Shown here: one piece after another, positions 32,469 through 43,099 of the stretch
Numbering within the stretch: position 1 is the first letter of the stretch
Layout of the letters: each line of letters starts with the position of its first letter
DNA from: an uncultured Gemmataceae bacterium
GTDB taxonomy: Bacteria > Planctomycetota > Planctomycetia > Gemmatales > Gemmataceae
Direction: 5' to 3'
Length of the DNA: 64,000 nucleotides
Assembly: GCA_963750165.1 (NCBI GenBank)
Contig: CAVVPN010000011.1
Span: forward strand, 1,600,001-1,664,000
Position numbers and translations under genes: made by a program
The notes under the pieces: generated by a model
What the model saw: only the letters and a program-made list of their open reading frames with translations
The model's database searches: none
What the model was told of the DNA's origin: nothing

Positions 32469-33260
32469 ATGGGTGATTTTAGCACGATGTCCCTTCGCGA
32501 CCTTTCGCTACAGCAGCAACTGCTCGACGTGCTGATCGTGCGCCGCGGCCGCGGTCGCTTCACCGGACGGCTGCCCGATGGCCTCGAGAATCTGCGACCG
32601 CATAACCTCGTCACCTTCAAGTCACACCACGAGGCGCTGACGCCGTGGGCCATGAAGGAGTTGACCGGCCTGGACGTGGCCTACCGCAAGTACGTCAGTC
32701 CCTCGCCGTCCGACCTGCTCCCCGACGACCACTTCGGGCTCTACGCGGTGGCGGCGCGCTTCCCGCACAACCTGGCGGCGCTAATCCCCTGGCAACAGCG
32801 GCAGCCGGGGGTGTATGATTGCCGGTGGGGGACGGACACGATCCGCGTGCTGGTGGCGGGCGAACTGCCGCGCGAACCCCACAACGCACCGCTGCACCTG
32901 TTCAGCGCCTCGCCGGAGTTGGTGGCGTTCGGCAGTGGCGCCTACCGGCGGCGCTCGCAGGACACCAGCGCGCTGCTGCGGCAGCTGCTCGAGCGGTTCC
33001 AGGGGGAGGGCCTGACCATGACCTATACGATGGAAGATTTCATGCGCCAGTACGCCAAGGAGCACTTCCACGAGTTGACGCCCGAGGAGCAAGCGGAGGC
33101 GTTACAAGCGCTGCCGCCGGAGAAACAACAGGAAGTGTTCCGGGCGTTTCCGCCGGAGAGTCGCCTGGCTGGGTTATCGCCAGAGCAGATTCGGGAGTAC
33201 CTGGACCGGCTCACCGCCGGCAAGCCTGCCGTGCCGCGCAAGCCGCGCCGCAGGAAGTGA
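32469..33260 (+). CDS. Hypothetical protein (Rpn/PD-(D/E)XK-like planctomycete family), probably N-terminally truncated
   Basis: DLSLQQQLLDVLI..HNLVTFKS; C-terminal L.PE..L.GL repeats and basic tail. Confidence 0.5.
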   Translation: MGDFSTMSLRDLSLQQQLLDVLIVRRGRGRFTGRLPDGLENLRPHNLVTFKSHHEALTPWAMKELTGLDVAYRKYVSPSPSDLLPDDHFGLYAVAARFPHNLAALIPWQQRQPGVYDCRWGTDTIRVLVAGELPREPHNAPLHLFSASPELVAFGSGAYRRRSQDTSALLRQLLERFQGEGLTMTYTMEDFMRQYAKEHFHELTPEEQAEALQALPPEKQQEVFRAFPPESRLAGLSPEQIREYLDRLTAGKPAVPRKPRRRK

Positions 33261-33475
33261 CGGGCGTCGGTTGTGGCATTGCCGCGGTCGGGGAGCGATC
33301 AATGTTGGCCGACCAACCCTCCTCCCGACCGGAGGAAAATGCGGAGACATTCAAACTCAGTAAAATCTTGAATATCCTTTTTCAGCAGCCCCCGAGTAAA
33401 ATGCGAGAAAGTGACGCGGCCGCAACTGGCCTGATCAGTAAGCACTATCACCTATGTGACCACTTGGGCAGAAGC

Positions 33476-34237
33476 ATGAACACCTCAAGAGAGAATCCGC
33501 AGCCAGCAGGTTCCGCTTGGCAGCTTGAATTTGCCCGCCTTATTGCCTTCCCAGCTGAACCACCACTCTTTCTCGAACAAGAGTGGTGGAAAGAGTTGGC
33601 ATCCGAGGTGCCGGAAGACTACGTCTCAACTCGAAAGAAGCATGCCCATGAGGACCACGGAAGTTTGCAAGGCTGCGTCCTTACTTTGAAAGTCGATCTT
33701 GGCCGGATTGTTTGGCTGGCACAACCCCCTGGTGATTTTGATGATTTGTCAGGCAAGTTACCTACTCTTGGCGCGTTCCGTGAAAAAATTGATTGGTTCG
33801 TCGGTTTGCTAACCCCGTGGCTCGCAAATTCATGTCCACCGCTCAAGCGGCTTGCTTTTGCAAGCAAATTGCTTCAACCTGCTTCTACTCAGCAAGAAGC
33901 ATTTCGGGTGCTGGCTGCCCACCTGCCACTTATGAATTTTGAACAGGATCCGAACGACTTTGTCTTACAAATCAATCGCCGAAGAGATTCGAGAGTTGTC
34001 GGCGGACTGCCGATTAACCGTGTGTCAACTTGGTCCAAGCTTAATGTTACGTTTTCAATAGAAGCCCAGGGAGGGATTCCGTTTAAGTGGCCAGAGAATT
34101 GCTACAGTGCCGTGGAACTAGACATCAACACCGCACCGGAGAGGGTTGAAATTTTGCCCCGCGAATTGCTGCCTCAGCTTTTCATGGAGTTGGCGTCCCT
34201 CGGTGAGGAGATTGCCGAACGTGGAGATACACCCTGA
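33476..34237 (+). CDS. Hypothetical protein, low-GC island gene 1 (TIGR04255-like pattern, tentative)
   Basis: 253 aa, AT-richer codons, RLAF...DFVLQINR...ELDINT pattern. Confidence 0.65.
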   Translation: MNTSRENPQPAGSAWQLEFARLIAFPAEPPLFLEQEWWKELASEVPEDYVSTRKKHAHEDHGSLQGCVLTLKVDLGRIVWLAQPPGDFDDLSGKLPTLGAFREKIDWFVGLLTPWLANSCPPLKRLAFASKLLQPASTQQEAFRVLAAHLPLMNFEQDPNDFVLQINRRRDSRVVGGLPINRVSTWSKLNVTFSIEAQGGIPFKWPENCYSAVELDINTAPERVEILPRELLPQLFMELASLGEEIAERGDTP

Positions 34238-34701
34238 TGACTACTACGATGATAAAGAAACAATTCAGCAACAGTTCTACCTGTGGCGAGACCGAGTCGC
34301 GAATTTCGCGAGTGATTTGGTGTGTACAAGCCGCATCCATGGAAGACCCCTTCCGGGTGCCTCAGATGAATACGACAATGGCTGATGAAGATCGCTTCGT
34401 CATCTTTGCAAAAACCCTGTATGCTCTCTGTAAAGCAGGCCGGATTCGTGAAGCTGTAGCCGAAGCCATAGACTACTTTGATGACGGACTGCTCGCTGGG
34501 GAATTCCGTGAGTGCGATCGTGCTTTACGTCAACTAGAAATCACTCGCCTTGCGCCATCTGTAATGGTGTCTATCCTTGGCATCACAATTCGCGCGAGGA
34601 AGTTGAAAGGGCGAGCGATCTTCTTTCAAAGGTCTAATGAGGCAATTGCAAAACAAAAAGGAAAGCGATACGCCAGTGAGTTATTAACGAAATACCGATG
34701 A
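34237..34701 (+). CDS. Hypothetical protein, low-GC island gene 2 (helical C-terminal domain)
   Basis: TGATG overlap with gene 1 and ATGA overlap with gene 3. Confidence 0.65.
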   Translation: MTTTMIKKQFSNSSTCGETESRISRVIWCVQAASMEDPFRVPQMNTTMADEDRFVIFAKTLYALCKAGRIREAVAEAIDYFDDGLLAGEFRECDRALRQLEITRLAPSVMVSILGITIRARKLKGRAIFFQRSNEAIAKQKGKRYASELLTKYR

Positions 34702-35450
34702 TTACATCCCCTATGATCCGAATGCTGGTAAGCGCGTACGATTGGTTACTATGCCAACTCGGCTTTACTGGTGATTTTATCCGTCTTACGTTTGACGAGA
34801 ACAGTGTCGGTCTCTTGGCAGTTACCCTCCAGCGCACCTCTGAATGTACGACCCACGCGGGCGTCGCCTATCGGTCAACCGATGGGACGATTCGTTTTCT
34901 TCATTTCGCGAATCATGAATCTTTAAGGGACGAAACGAATTTGGGTTCGTGCGCGTTTGCAATTCCTCTCATGAAAGAAGAGGACTTGGAGTATTTGGCA
35001 GGATTCTGTGCACGGGTTTACCGAGCGAACCAAAAAGGAAAGCTCCCGTACAGTTTTCAATTCGACATGAATCTTGGGTTCAATCCCGAGTCAGGCTTGA
35101 TTGTCATTAATTACAATAGCGGGCTTACCTGCTCAACCTTCGTGGTTGCGCTATTCCGTTCAGCAGGCAATCCATTGGTCATACCCATAACATGGCCCCG
35201 CCGGGCAGACGCGGCTGGTATCGCCGCGCGGCGATACCTATTAAACTACTGGAGGCAAACTGGCAAACAGAAGTATATCACCAGAGCTGATGTGATCGAG
35301 CCAACAATTCAAACAATGCGGATTAGTCCAGAAGAGGTCGCAGGGGCTTGTCTCCAGAAGAAACTCCCCACCGGGTATTTCCGGGCCTGGGAAAATGGCA
35401 GAGTTATTTTGAAACGAATAGACGCAGCACTTGGACCTCCGCCTTCCTAA
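34698..35450 (+). CDS. Low-GC island gene 3: permuted papain-like (NlpC/P60, YiiX-type) protein
   Basis: THAGVAY (His) ... LPYSF ... GLTCSTFV (Cys) ... ISPEEV, the permuted His-before-Cys order. Confidence 0.6.
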   Translation: MITSPMIRMLVSAYDWLLCQLGFTGDFIRLTFDENSVGLLAVTLQRTSECTTHAGVAYRSTDGTIRFLHFANHESLRDETNLGSCAFAIPLMKEEDLEYLAGFCARVYRANQKGKLPYSFQFDMNLGFNPESGLIVINYNSGLTCSTFVVALFRSAGNPLVIPITWPRRADAAGIAARRYLLNYWRQTGKQKYITRADVIEPTIQTMRISPEEVAGACLQKKLPTGYFRAWENGRVILKRIDAALGPPPS

Positions 35451-35510
35451 ATCCGTCGCCCTTCGTGTCGCATAATCTAGACTTCTCGCCACCGGGCACA
35501 GTGGCCACGG

Positions 35511-35862
35511 CTACCGCTGCCGGTTCAGCATCTTCATGAACTCGCGCATCCAGGCATGGTTGTCGTGCCAGGTCCGCGCCGTCACCAGGTTGCCGCTGAC
35601 CACCACCTCCTGATCGACGTAGGTCGCGCCGCACACCTCCGCGTCGAAGCGGCACTTCTTGACCGTCGTCACCGTGCGGCCGCGGATCACGTCCGCCGTC
35701 GCCACGATCTCGATGCCGTGACAGACCGACGCCACCGGCAGGTTCTTCTCGAAGAAATACCTGGTCACGCGCATCAGGTCGGGGTCGTAGCGCAGGTACT
35801 CCGGGGTGCGGCCGCCGGACAGCACCAGGCCGACGTACTCTGACAGCACCACGTCGCGGAAC
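35511..35862 (-). pseudogene. Duplicated 3' portion of the DJ-1/PfpI gene
   Basis: Near-identical to 37531-37880; lacks the N-terminal third. Confidence 0.85.
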
Positions 35863-35984
35863 TTGCCGACCGCAAGCCGAATCGAGTGGTACGATGCACG
35901 GCGCCAGGGTAGAATCCCGCTGTGTTCCCCCCTGGTCATGGGCCGGTGGCACTCACTCGGTGGCCCGGCACAGGAGTGCATCCC

Positions 35985-37448
35985 ATGGCGGAATGTTGGC
36001 GGATCAGCGTGAGCGTGTGTCTGCTGGCGGGCTTGTTAGGCTGCCAGTCGTCGGCCTGGGCGCAGGGCGGCAAGCCAGTGCCGGTCAAGGAGCCTGCCCA
36101 GAGCGTGATCGCCACCTGGAAGAAAGCCGGCGGCTTCTACGGGGGCATGGCGGTGTCGTCTTACGGAATTACCAATTTCACCTCCCGTGAGCGCCCGGCG
36201 TCCGGGGAATTGCCGGCCTTTCATTTTGACGCCCCGCCTACAAAGCCGTTCTGGCAACTGCCGATGATCGACATCCCCTTCGGGTTGGACTTGTCGCACG
36301 GCCCGGTGACGGACGCGGGGCTGAGGGAACTGGCCGCGCTGCGGCACCTGCAAGCGCTGGACCTGACCGGCACGAAGGTGACGGATGCGGGGCTGAAGGA
36401 ACTGGCCGCCCACAAGCAACTACGTTCCCTGAACCTGATTAGAACGAAGGTGACGGACGCGGGGCTGAAGGAACTGACCGCCCACGAGCAACTACGGGCG
36501 TTGAGCCTGTCCGTTACCGAGGTGACGGACGCGGGGCTGAAGGAACTGGCGGGCCTGAAACAACTGCAAGCGCTGAACCTGATGCGTACGAAGGTGACGG
36601 GCGCGGGGTTAAGGGGATTGGCCCCGCTGAAGCAACTGCACGCGTTGCATCTCGGCGCAACCGGGTTGACGGACGCGGGGGTGAAAGAACTGGCCGCGCT
36701 GAAGCAACTTCGCCTGCTGGGTCTGAGGTCTACCGGTGTGACCGACGCGGGGGTGAAGGAATTGGCCGGCCTGAAACAACTGCACAAGTTGGACCTGAGC
36801 GCCACCAAGGTGACGGACGCCGGGCTGAAGGAACTGGCCGCGCTCCAGCAACTGCAGTCGCTGTTCCTCGACAGCACCCAGGTAACGGACGCGGGTTTGA
36901 AGGGACTGGCCTCCCTGAAACAACTGCGTGACTTGGACCTGAGCCTCACCAAGGTGACGGACGCCGGGCTGAAGGGACTGGCCACGCTGAAACGATTGCA
37001 GTCGCTGTGGTTGAGCGACACCCCGGTAACGGACGCCGGGCTGAAGGAACTGGCCGCGCTGAAGCAGTTGCAAGAACTGGACCTGACCGGCACCGCGGTG
37101 ACGGACGCCGGGCTGAAGGAACTGGCCGCGCTGAAGCAACTTCAGACGTTGAGCCTTGACCGCACTCGGGTGACGGACGCCGGGCTGAAGGAACTGGCCG
37201 CGCTGAAGCAGTTGCAATCACTGGCTCTCGGTGTCACGGGCGTAACGGACGCCGGGCTGAAGGAATTGGCCGCGATAAAGCAGTTGCAATCTCTATACCT
37301 GAATAGCGTCGAGGTGACAGACACGGGCCTGAAAGAACTGGCAAAGCTGAAGCAACTGCAATATCTGAACCTGCTTGGTGCCCCTGTTACGGACGCGGGA
37401 GTGAACGAACTGCGGAAGGCCCTGCCGCAACTCACGGTTTTCCGCTGA
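35985..37448 (+). CDS. Exported leucine-rich repeat protein (16 x 24-aa repeats)
   Basis: Signal peptide / LLGC; repeat L..L.L..T.VTDAGLKELA.LKQ; AGGAG RBS. Confidence 0.95.
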   Translation: MAECWRISVSVCLLAGLLGCQSSAWAQGGKPVPVKEPAQSVIATWKKAGGFYGGMAVSSYGITNFTSRERPASGELPAFHFDAPPTKPFWQLPMIDIPFGLDLSHGPVTDAGLRELAALRHLQALDLTGTKVTDAGLKELAAHKQLRSLNLIRTKVTDAGLKELTAHEQLRALSLSVTEVTDAGLKELAGLKQLQALNLMRTKVTGAGLRGLAPLKQLHALHLGATGLTDAGVKELAALKQLRLLGLRSTGVTDAGVKELAGLKQLHKLDLSATKVTDAGLKELAALQQLQSLFLDSTQVTDAGLKGLASLKQLRDLDLSLTKVTDAGLKGLATLKRLQSLWLSDTPVTDAGLKELAALKQLQELDLTGTAVTDAGLKELAALKQLQTLSLDRTRVTDAGLKELAALKQLQSLALGVTGVTDAGLKELAAIKQLQSLYLNSVEVTDTGLKELAKLKQLQYLNLLGAPVTDAGVNELRKALPQLTVFR

Positions 37449-37530
37449 TGGCTGCGGTTGGCTTGCGGCGACCCGAAGCGATTGCTTGAAGGTGAAGGCA
37501 TTTCTGCGGCTTGCCGCTGGGCGCAGGCGG

Positions 37531-38085
37531 CTACCGCTGCCGGTTCAGCATCTTCATGTACTCGCGCATCCACGCATGGTTGTCGTGCCAGGTCCGCGCC
37601 GTCACCAGGTTGCCGCTGACCACCACCTCCTGATCGACGTAGGTCGCGCCGCACACCTCCGCGTCGAAGCGGCACTTCTTGACCGTCGTCACCGTGCGGC
37701 CGCGGATCACGTCCGCCGTCGCCACGATCTCGATGCCGTGACAGACCGACGCCACCGGCAGGTTCTTCTCGAAGAAATATCGGGTCACGCGCATCAGGTC
37801 GGGGTCGTAGCGCAGGTACTCCGGGGCGCGGCCGCCGGACAGCACCAGGCCGACGTATTCGGCAGGGACGATGTCGCGGAAGGCGATGTCCGACGCCAGC
37901 CGGTAGCCGGGCGACTCCACGGTGATATCCCAGTCCGGGTGCCCGTCGTGCTGCACCAGATGGTAGACGCGCTTCTCCGGCGCGGCGACCAGCACCTGAT
38001 AGCCGTCCTCGCGGATGCGGTACAGCGGATACAGGGTGTCGAAGACCTCGGCGGCGTCGCCGATGACGAGCAGCACTTTTTGCAT
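37531..38085 (-). CDS. DJ-1/PfpI family protein
   Basis: GDAAE, LSGGRAPEYLR, ASVCHG nucleophile elbow, VVSGNLVTARTW.D. Confidence 0.9.
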   Translation of the reverse strand: MQKVLLVIGDAAEVFDTLYPLYRIREDGYQVLVAAPEKRVYHLVQHDGHPDWDITVESPGYRLASDIAFRDIVPAEYVGLVLSGGRAPEYLRYDPDLMRVTRYFFEKNLPVASVCHGIEIVATADVIRGRTVTTVKKCRFDAEVCGATYVDQEVVVSGNLVTARTWHDNHAWMREYMKMLNRQR

Positions 38086-38185
38086 GGCGGGTTCCTCGCG
38101 GGCCGGCACGTTGGTGATCCTTCGGGAGAACGGGTATTATAGAAACGGCGGCGCCAATTCGCTGAGACCTGGGACGGAGGCGGAC

Positions 38186-38464
38186 GTGCGACCCGTGGAC
38201 GACACGGTGACGGTGGAGTTTTTCGGCGTGCCGCGCCACTGCGCCGGTCGGGCGGAACTGCGCGTCGCGGCGGCGACGGTGGCGGAGTTGCTGACGGCGG
38301 TGGAGCGGGCGTGTCCCGGGTTGGCGGGACTGCGGCGGGCGGACGGCCGGCTGGCGCCGCATTATTTGCTGTCCATCGACGGCCGGCGCTTCATCGGCGA
38401 CATGGGCGAGGCGCTGCGGCCGGGCGAGCGTGTGCTGCTGCTGTCGGCGGACGCTGGCGGCTAG
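38186..38464 (+). CDS. MoaD/ThiS sulfur carrier
   Basis: VEFFG..R, TVAELL, C-terminal AGG. Confidence 0.85.
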   Translation: MRPVDDTVTVEFFGVPRHCAGRAELRVAAATVAELLTAVERACPGLAGLRRADGRLAPHYLLSIDGRRFIGDMGEALRPGERVLLLSADAGG

Positions 38465-38618
38465 AGCGGTTGACGGATGGGTGAAGCGGTGCCGGTTGCT
38501 GCCGATCCGGGACGGGGAACACGTCATGGGATACGTGTAAAGTGGCAATGTGGCAAAGTGGCAAACTGATCCACCCTTCGCTACACCCCACCGCCTGCCG
38601 CGCGAAACGGGGAAAACG

Positions 38619-40397
38619 ATGTTCGGCTACCACGGCCGCTACCTCCGCGTCGATCTGAGCCGCGGCGCCGCCGACTGGGTGCCGCTGTCGGAGGACGTGT
38701 TGCGCCGTTTCATCGGCGGCGTCGGCCTCGGCGTGTACCTGCTGCACCGCGAAGCGCCGGCCGGCATCGATCCGCTCGCCCCGGAGGCGCCGCTTATCTT
38801 CAGCCTGAGCCCGCTGGTCGGCACACCGCTGACCACCTCCGCCAAGTTCGCGGTCGTCGCCAAATCGCCGCTCACCAACCGCCTCAACGACGCGCTCTCG
38901 TCGTCGCATTTCGCCATCGCCGCCAGGCGCGCCGGCTTCGACGCCCTGGTGCTCGTCGGCGCCTGTGCCGCCCCGACCGTTCTGGTCATTGATGACGGCA
39001 ACGTCCGCCTGCAACCCGCCGCGGACCTGTGGGGCCTGACCGCCCAGGAGGCGAACCGCCGGCTGATGGAGCAACTCGGCCCGCACTTCCACAGCGCTAG
39101 CATCGGCCCCGCCGGCGAAAAGCTGGTGCGTTACGCGACCATCAGCCACGACAACCGTCACGCCGGCCGTGGCGGTCTCGGCGCCGTGATGGGCGGCAAG
39201 CGATTAAAAGCGGTGGCTGTCGCCGGTTCGCAGCGCGTGGAGGTGGCGGACGCCGCGGCGGTGGTGGACGCGGCCCGCGACCTGTCGCGGCGCTCCTTCG
39301 GCCCGGCGACGGCGAAGTATCGCGAACTCGGCACCGTCGCCAACCTGCTGACGTTCAACCGCTTCGCGGCGCTGCCGACGCGCAACTTTCAGCAGGGCAC
39401 CTTCGAGCAGGCGGCGGCACTGTCCGGCGAGGAGTTGAACGCCGTCCGCCGCGTGGCCCGCAAGTCGTGCGCCGCCTGTACCATCGGTTGCGAACACCTC
39501 TACGCCGCCGCGGACGGCCCCCCCGTGCGCCTGGAGTACGAGAGCCTGTTCGCGCTCGGCCCGCTGTGCGGCGTCGGCGATCAGGAGGCGGTGTTGCAGG
39601 CCGCGCGGCGCTGCGACCAGTTGGGCCTCGACACCATCTCGACCGGCGCCAGCATCGCCTTCGCGATGGAGTGCGCCGAGCGCGGCCTGCTCGACGCGCC
39701 GGGGCTGCGCTTCGGCGCCGCGGATCGGCTGCTGGAACTGGTGGACGCGATCGGCCGTCGCGAAGGGCTGGGCGATCTGCTGGCGGAGGGCACGCGGCGG
39801 GCGGCGCAGGTGATCGGCGGCGACGCGCCAGACTTCGCGCCGCACGTCAAGGGGCTGGAAATCCCGGGATACGAGCCGCGGGCGCTGCAGACGATGGCGC
39901 TGGGCTTCGCGGTCGGCAGCCGTGGCGCGGACCACAACCGCTCCGGGGCGTACGAGGTCGATTTCTCGGCGCGGGCGGATCGGCTGCACGGCTCGCCGGA
40001 GGCGGCGCGACTGGCGGTGGAGACGGAAGACCGCGCCGCGCTGCTCGACGTGCTGATCCTGTGCAAGTTCCTGCGCGGCGTGTTCACGGACCTGTTCGCG
40101 GAGACCGCCGACCTGCTGCGGCGTATCACCGGCTGGGACGTGACCGCCGACGAACTGCGCGGCGTCGCCCGGCGCGTGGTGACGGCGAAAAAGCTGTACA
40201 ACCTCCGTGAAGGCTGGACGCCGGCGGAGGACACGCTGCCGCGCCGTTTTCTGACGGAGGGATTGGCCGCCGGCGGCGATGCGCAGGTGCTGCTGCCGCG
40301 CGAACGGTTGCAGGCGATGGTGCAGGCGTATTACGCCGCCCGCGGCTGGGACACGCTGGGGCGGGTGCCGGCCGAACTGGTCAGCGATTGTCGGTGA
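38619..40397 (+). CDS. aor: Aldehyde:ferredoxin oxidoreductase (W/Mo-pterin)
   Basis: YLRVDLS, AKSPLT, IGPAGEKLV, GRGGLGAVMG.K.LKA, CAACTIGC, EYE, GLDTIS, RGADH, EDTLP.RF. Confidence 0.9.
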   Translation: MFGYHGRYLRVDLSRGAADWVPLSEDVLRRFIGGVGLGVYLLHREAPAGIDPLAPEAPLIFSLSPLVGTPLTTSAKFAVVAKSPLTNRLNDALSSSHFAIAARRAGFDALVLVGACAAPTVLVIDDGNVRLQPAADLWGLTAQEANRRLMEQLGPHFHSASIGPAGEKLVRYATISHDNRHAGRGGLGAVMGGKRLKAVAVAGSQRVEVADAAAVVDAARDLSRRSFGPATAKYRELGTVANLLTFNRFAALPTRNFQQGTFEQAAALSGEELNAVRRVARKSCAACTIGCEHLYAAADGPPVRLEYESLFALGPLCGVGDQEAVLQAARRCDQLGLDTISTGASIAFAMECAERGLLDAPGLRFGAADRLLELVDAIGRREGLGDLLAEGTRRAAQVIGGDAPDFAPHVKGLEIPGYEPRALQTMALGFAVGSRGADHNRSGAYEVDFSARADRLHGSPEAARLAVETEDRAALLDVLILCKFLRGVFTDLFAETADLLRRITGWDVTADELRGVARRVVTAKKLYNLREGWTPAEDTLPRRFLTEGLAAGGDAQVLLPRERLQAMVQAYYAARGWDTLGRVPAELVSDCR

Positions 40398-40524
40398 ATG
40401 TGCATCCCCTCGTGCCCACGCTCCGCGTGGGGACAAGGGCCCAATGGTTCGTGCTTTGACAACCGCCCAAAAGTGACCTAATGTTGGTCGGGCTGTTTCC
40501 ACCTCTTTTTCAAAGGAAGTCGCA

Positions 40525-40644
40525 ATGGAACTGGAACTGGGCGTTGTCGTCGGTCTCATCGGCCTGCTGGGCGTCGTCGCGGTGTACTTCTGGATCGTCC
40601 GCCGAGCGCAGAACGAAGCCGTGCAAGAGCCGCAAAAACAGTAA
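40525..40644 (+). CDS. Small single-TM protein (39 aa, below the ORF-track cutoff)
   Basis: AAAGGAAG RBS, then MELELGVVVGLIGLLGVVAVYFWIVRRAQNEAVQEPQKQ*. Confidence 0.55.
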   Translation: MELELGVVVGLIGLLGVVAVYFWIVRRAQNEAVQEPQKQ

Positions 40645-40725
40645 AATGCCAGGGCATTGTCGGCAGGGCGCGGCTCCACGTCGGAGTTCCCGCCCGTGAC
40701 CTGCCGCGGCCCCGGTCAGTGACGT

Positions 40726-41868
40726 ATGGACCCCATCTACCTCGACGCCAACGCGACCACCCCCGTCCTGCCGGCCGTCCTCGACGCCATGGCGCCGTAC
40801 TTCACGGCCGTGGCCGGCAACCCCGCCAGCAGCCACGCCGTCGGTCGCCGCGCCCGTCAGGCGCTTGAAGACGCCCGCGATCGCACCGCTGCGCTCCTCG
40901 GCGCCGACGCTGATGAGGTCATCTTCACCAGCGGCGCCACCGAGGCCAACAACCTCGCCGTCTTCGGCCTTGCCGGCCCGGCCCCTGGCCACCTGATCGC
41001 CAGTCCACTCGAACACCCCTGCGTGACTGAACCGCTGCGCCACCTGGCCGGCACCGGGTTCGCACTGGATTGGTTACCGGTCGATGCCGACGGCCGGGTC
41101 CGCGCGGAGGCGCTGCCGGGACTGCTGCGGCCCGACACGCGGCTGGTGAGCGTCTTGCTGGCCAACCACGAAACGGGAGCCGTGCAGCCGGTCGCGGAGG
41201 TGGCGGCGCTGGCGGCCCGTGCCGCGGTCCACTGCGATGCCGCCGCTGCCGCCGGCAAGTTACCGGTGCGCTTCCACCACCTCGGCGTGACCGCCCTGAC
41301 CGTGAGCGGGCATAAATTCCACGCACCCAAGGGCATCGGGGCGCTGCTGCTGCGCCGGCACACGTCGCTGCGGCCGCAGCTGTTCGGCGGCCACCAGCAG
41401 CAGGGCCGGCGGCCCGGCACCGAGCCGGTGGCACTGGTGGTCGGCCTGGCCGCGGCGCTCGAACTGGCGGAGCGCGACCGGGAACACCGCACCGCCCACG
41501 TGCTAGGCTTGCGGCGTCGCTTCCTGGAGCGCTTGCGGACTGAGGCGGCCCCGGTGGTGCTGAACGGGCCGGCCGAGGGCGGGGTGCCGCACACCTTGAA
41601 CCTGTCGTTCCCGGGCTGCCGGGCGGACCTGCTGTTGATGAGCCTGGACCTGGCGGGCGTGGCGTGCTCGACCGGCTCGGCGTGTTCGAGCGGTTCGCTG
41701 CTGCCCTCGCCGGTATTGCAAGCGATGGCGGTGCCGCCGGAGCGCCTGCACACCGCCCTACGCTTCAGCCTGAGTTTTTTGCTGAGCGCCACGGAAATCG
41801 ACGAGGCGGCGGCCCGGGTGGCGGTGGTGGTGCGGCGACTCCGTGAAGGGCAGGGCTCCGGCGCTTGA
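40726..41868 (+). CDS. Cysteine desulfurase (IscS/NifS family)
   Basis: IYLDANATTP, FTSGATEANN, SGHKFHAPKGIG, STGSACSSG. Confidence 0.95.
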   Translation: MDPIYLDANATTPVLPAVLDAMAPYFTAVAGNPASSHAVGRRARQALEDARDRTAALLGADADEVIFTSGATEANNLAVFGLAGPAPGHLIASPLEHPCVTEPLRHLAGTGFALDWLPVDADGRVRAEALPGLLRPDTRLVSVLLANHETGAVQPVAEVAALAARAAVHCDAAAAAGKLPVRFHHLGVTALTVSGHKFHAPKGIGALLLRRHTSLRPQLFGGHQQQGRRPGTEPVALVVGLAAALELAERDREHRTAHVLGLRRRFLERLRTEAAPVVLNGPAEGGVPHTLNLSFPGCRADLLLMSLDLAGVACSTGSACSSGSLLPSPVLQAMAVPPERLHTALRFSLSFLLSATEIDEAAARVAVVVRRLREGQGSGA

Positions 41869-42061
41869 TGGTGGCGGGGCCGGGTTCGCCCTGGGAAAAA
41901 AATGGATTGGGGAATTTTTTCCTTTTGCTTTTATGAGAAATGGCTTAGAATTTCCATAATCATCATTTTTCGTGCAGTAGGCAAGCACCGGACATTGCCG
42001 CATTTAACACATATTCCGAGAAGCTCCTGTGCTCTCACCTTTTCCCTCAGGAGGTCTTGTC

Positions 42062-43030
<969 letters not shown>

Positions 43031-43099
43031 CCCCCGCCGCGGGCGGGGCCGATTTTGGCCCCGCCCGCTCGCGCCAGCGATCCGCAGGAGTTTTTGTCC

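Noticed and set aside
36221..37217. Long antisense repetitive ORFs over the LRR gene (also over TPR 60998-62221 and trpE)
   Set aside because: Shadow frames caused by high GC and codon periodicity.
27495..37880. DGR made of the RT plus the PfpI duplication as TR/VR
   Set aside because: Mismatches between the copies include G/C, C/A and G/A changes and are not adenine-specific; the RT is large and rvt-like; no Avd gene is seen.
38541..38566. GTGGCAAA triplet upstream of AOR as a sigma54 promoter
   Set aside because: No GC at the correct N10 spacing; looks like a simple 8-bp repeat.
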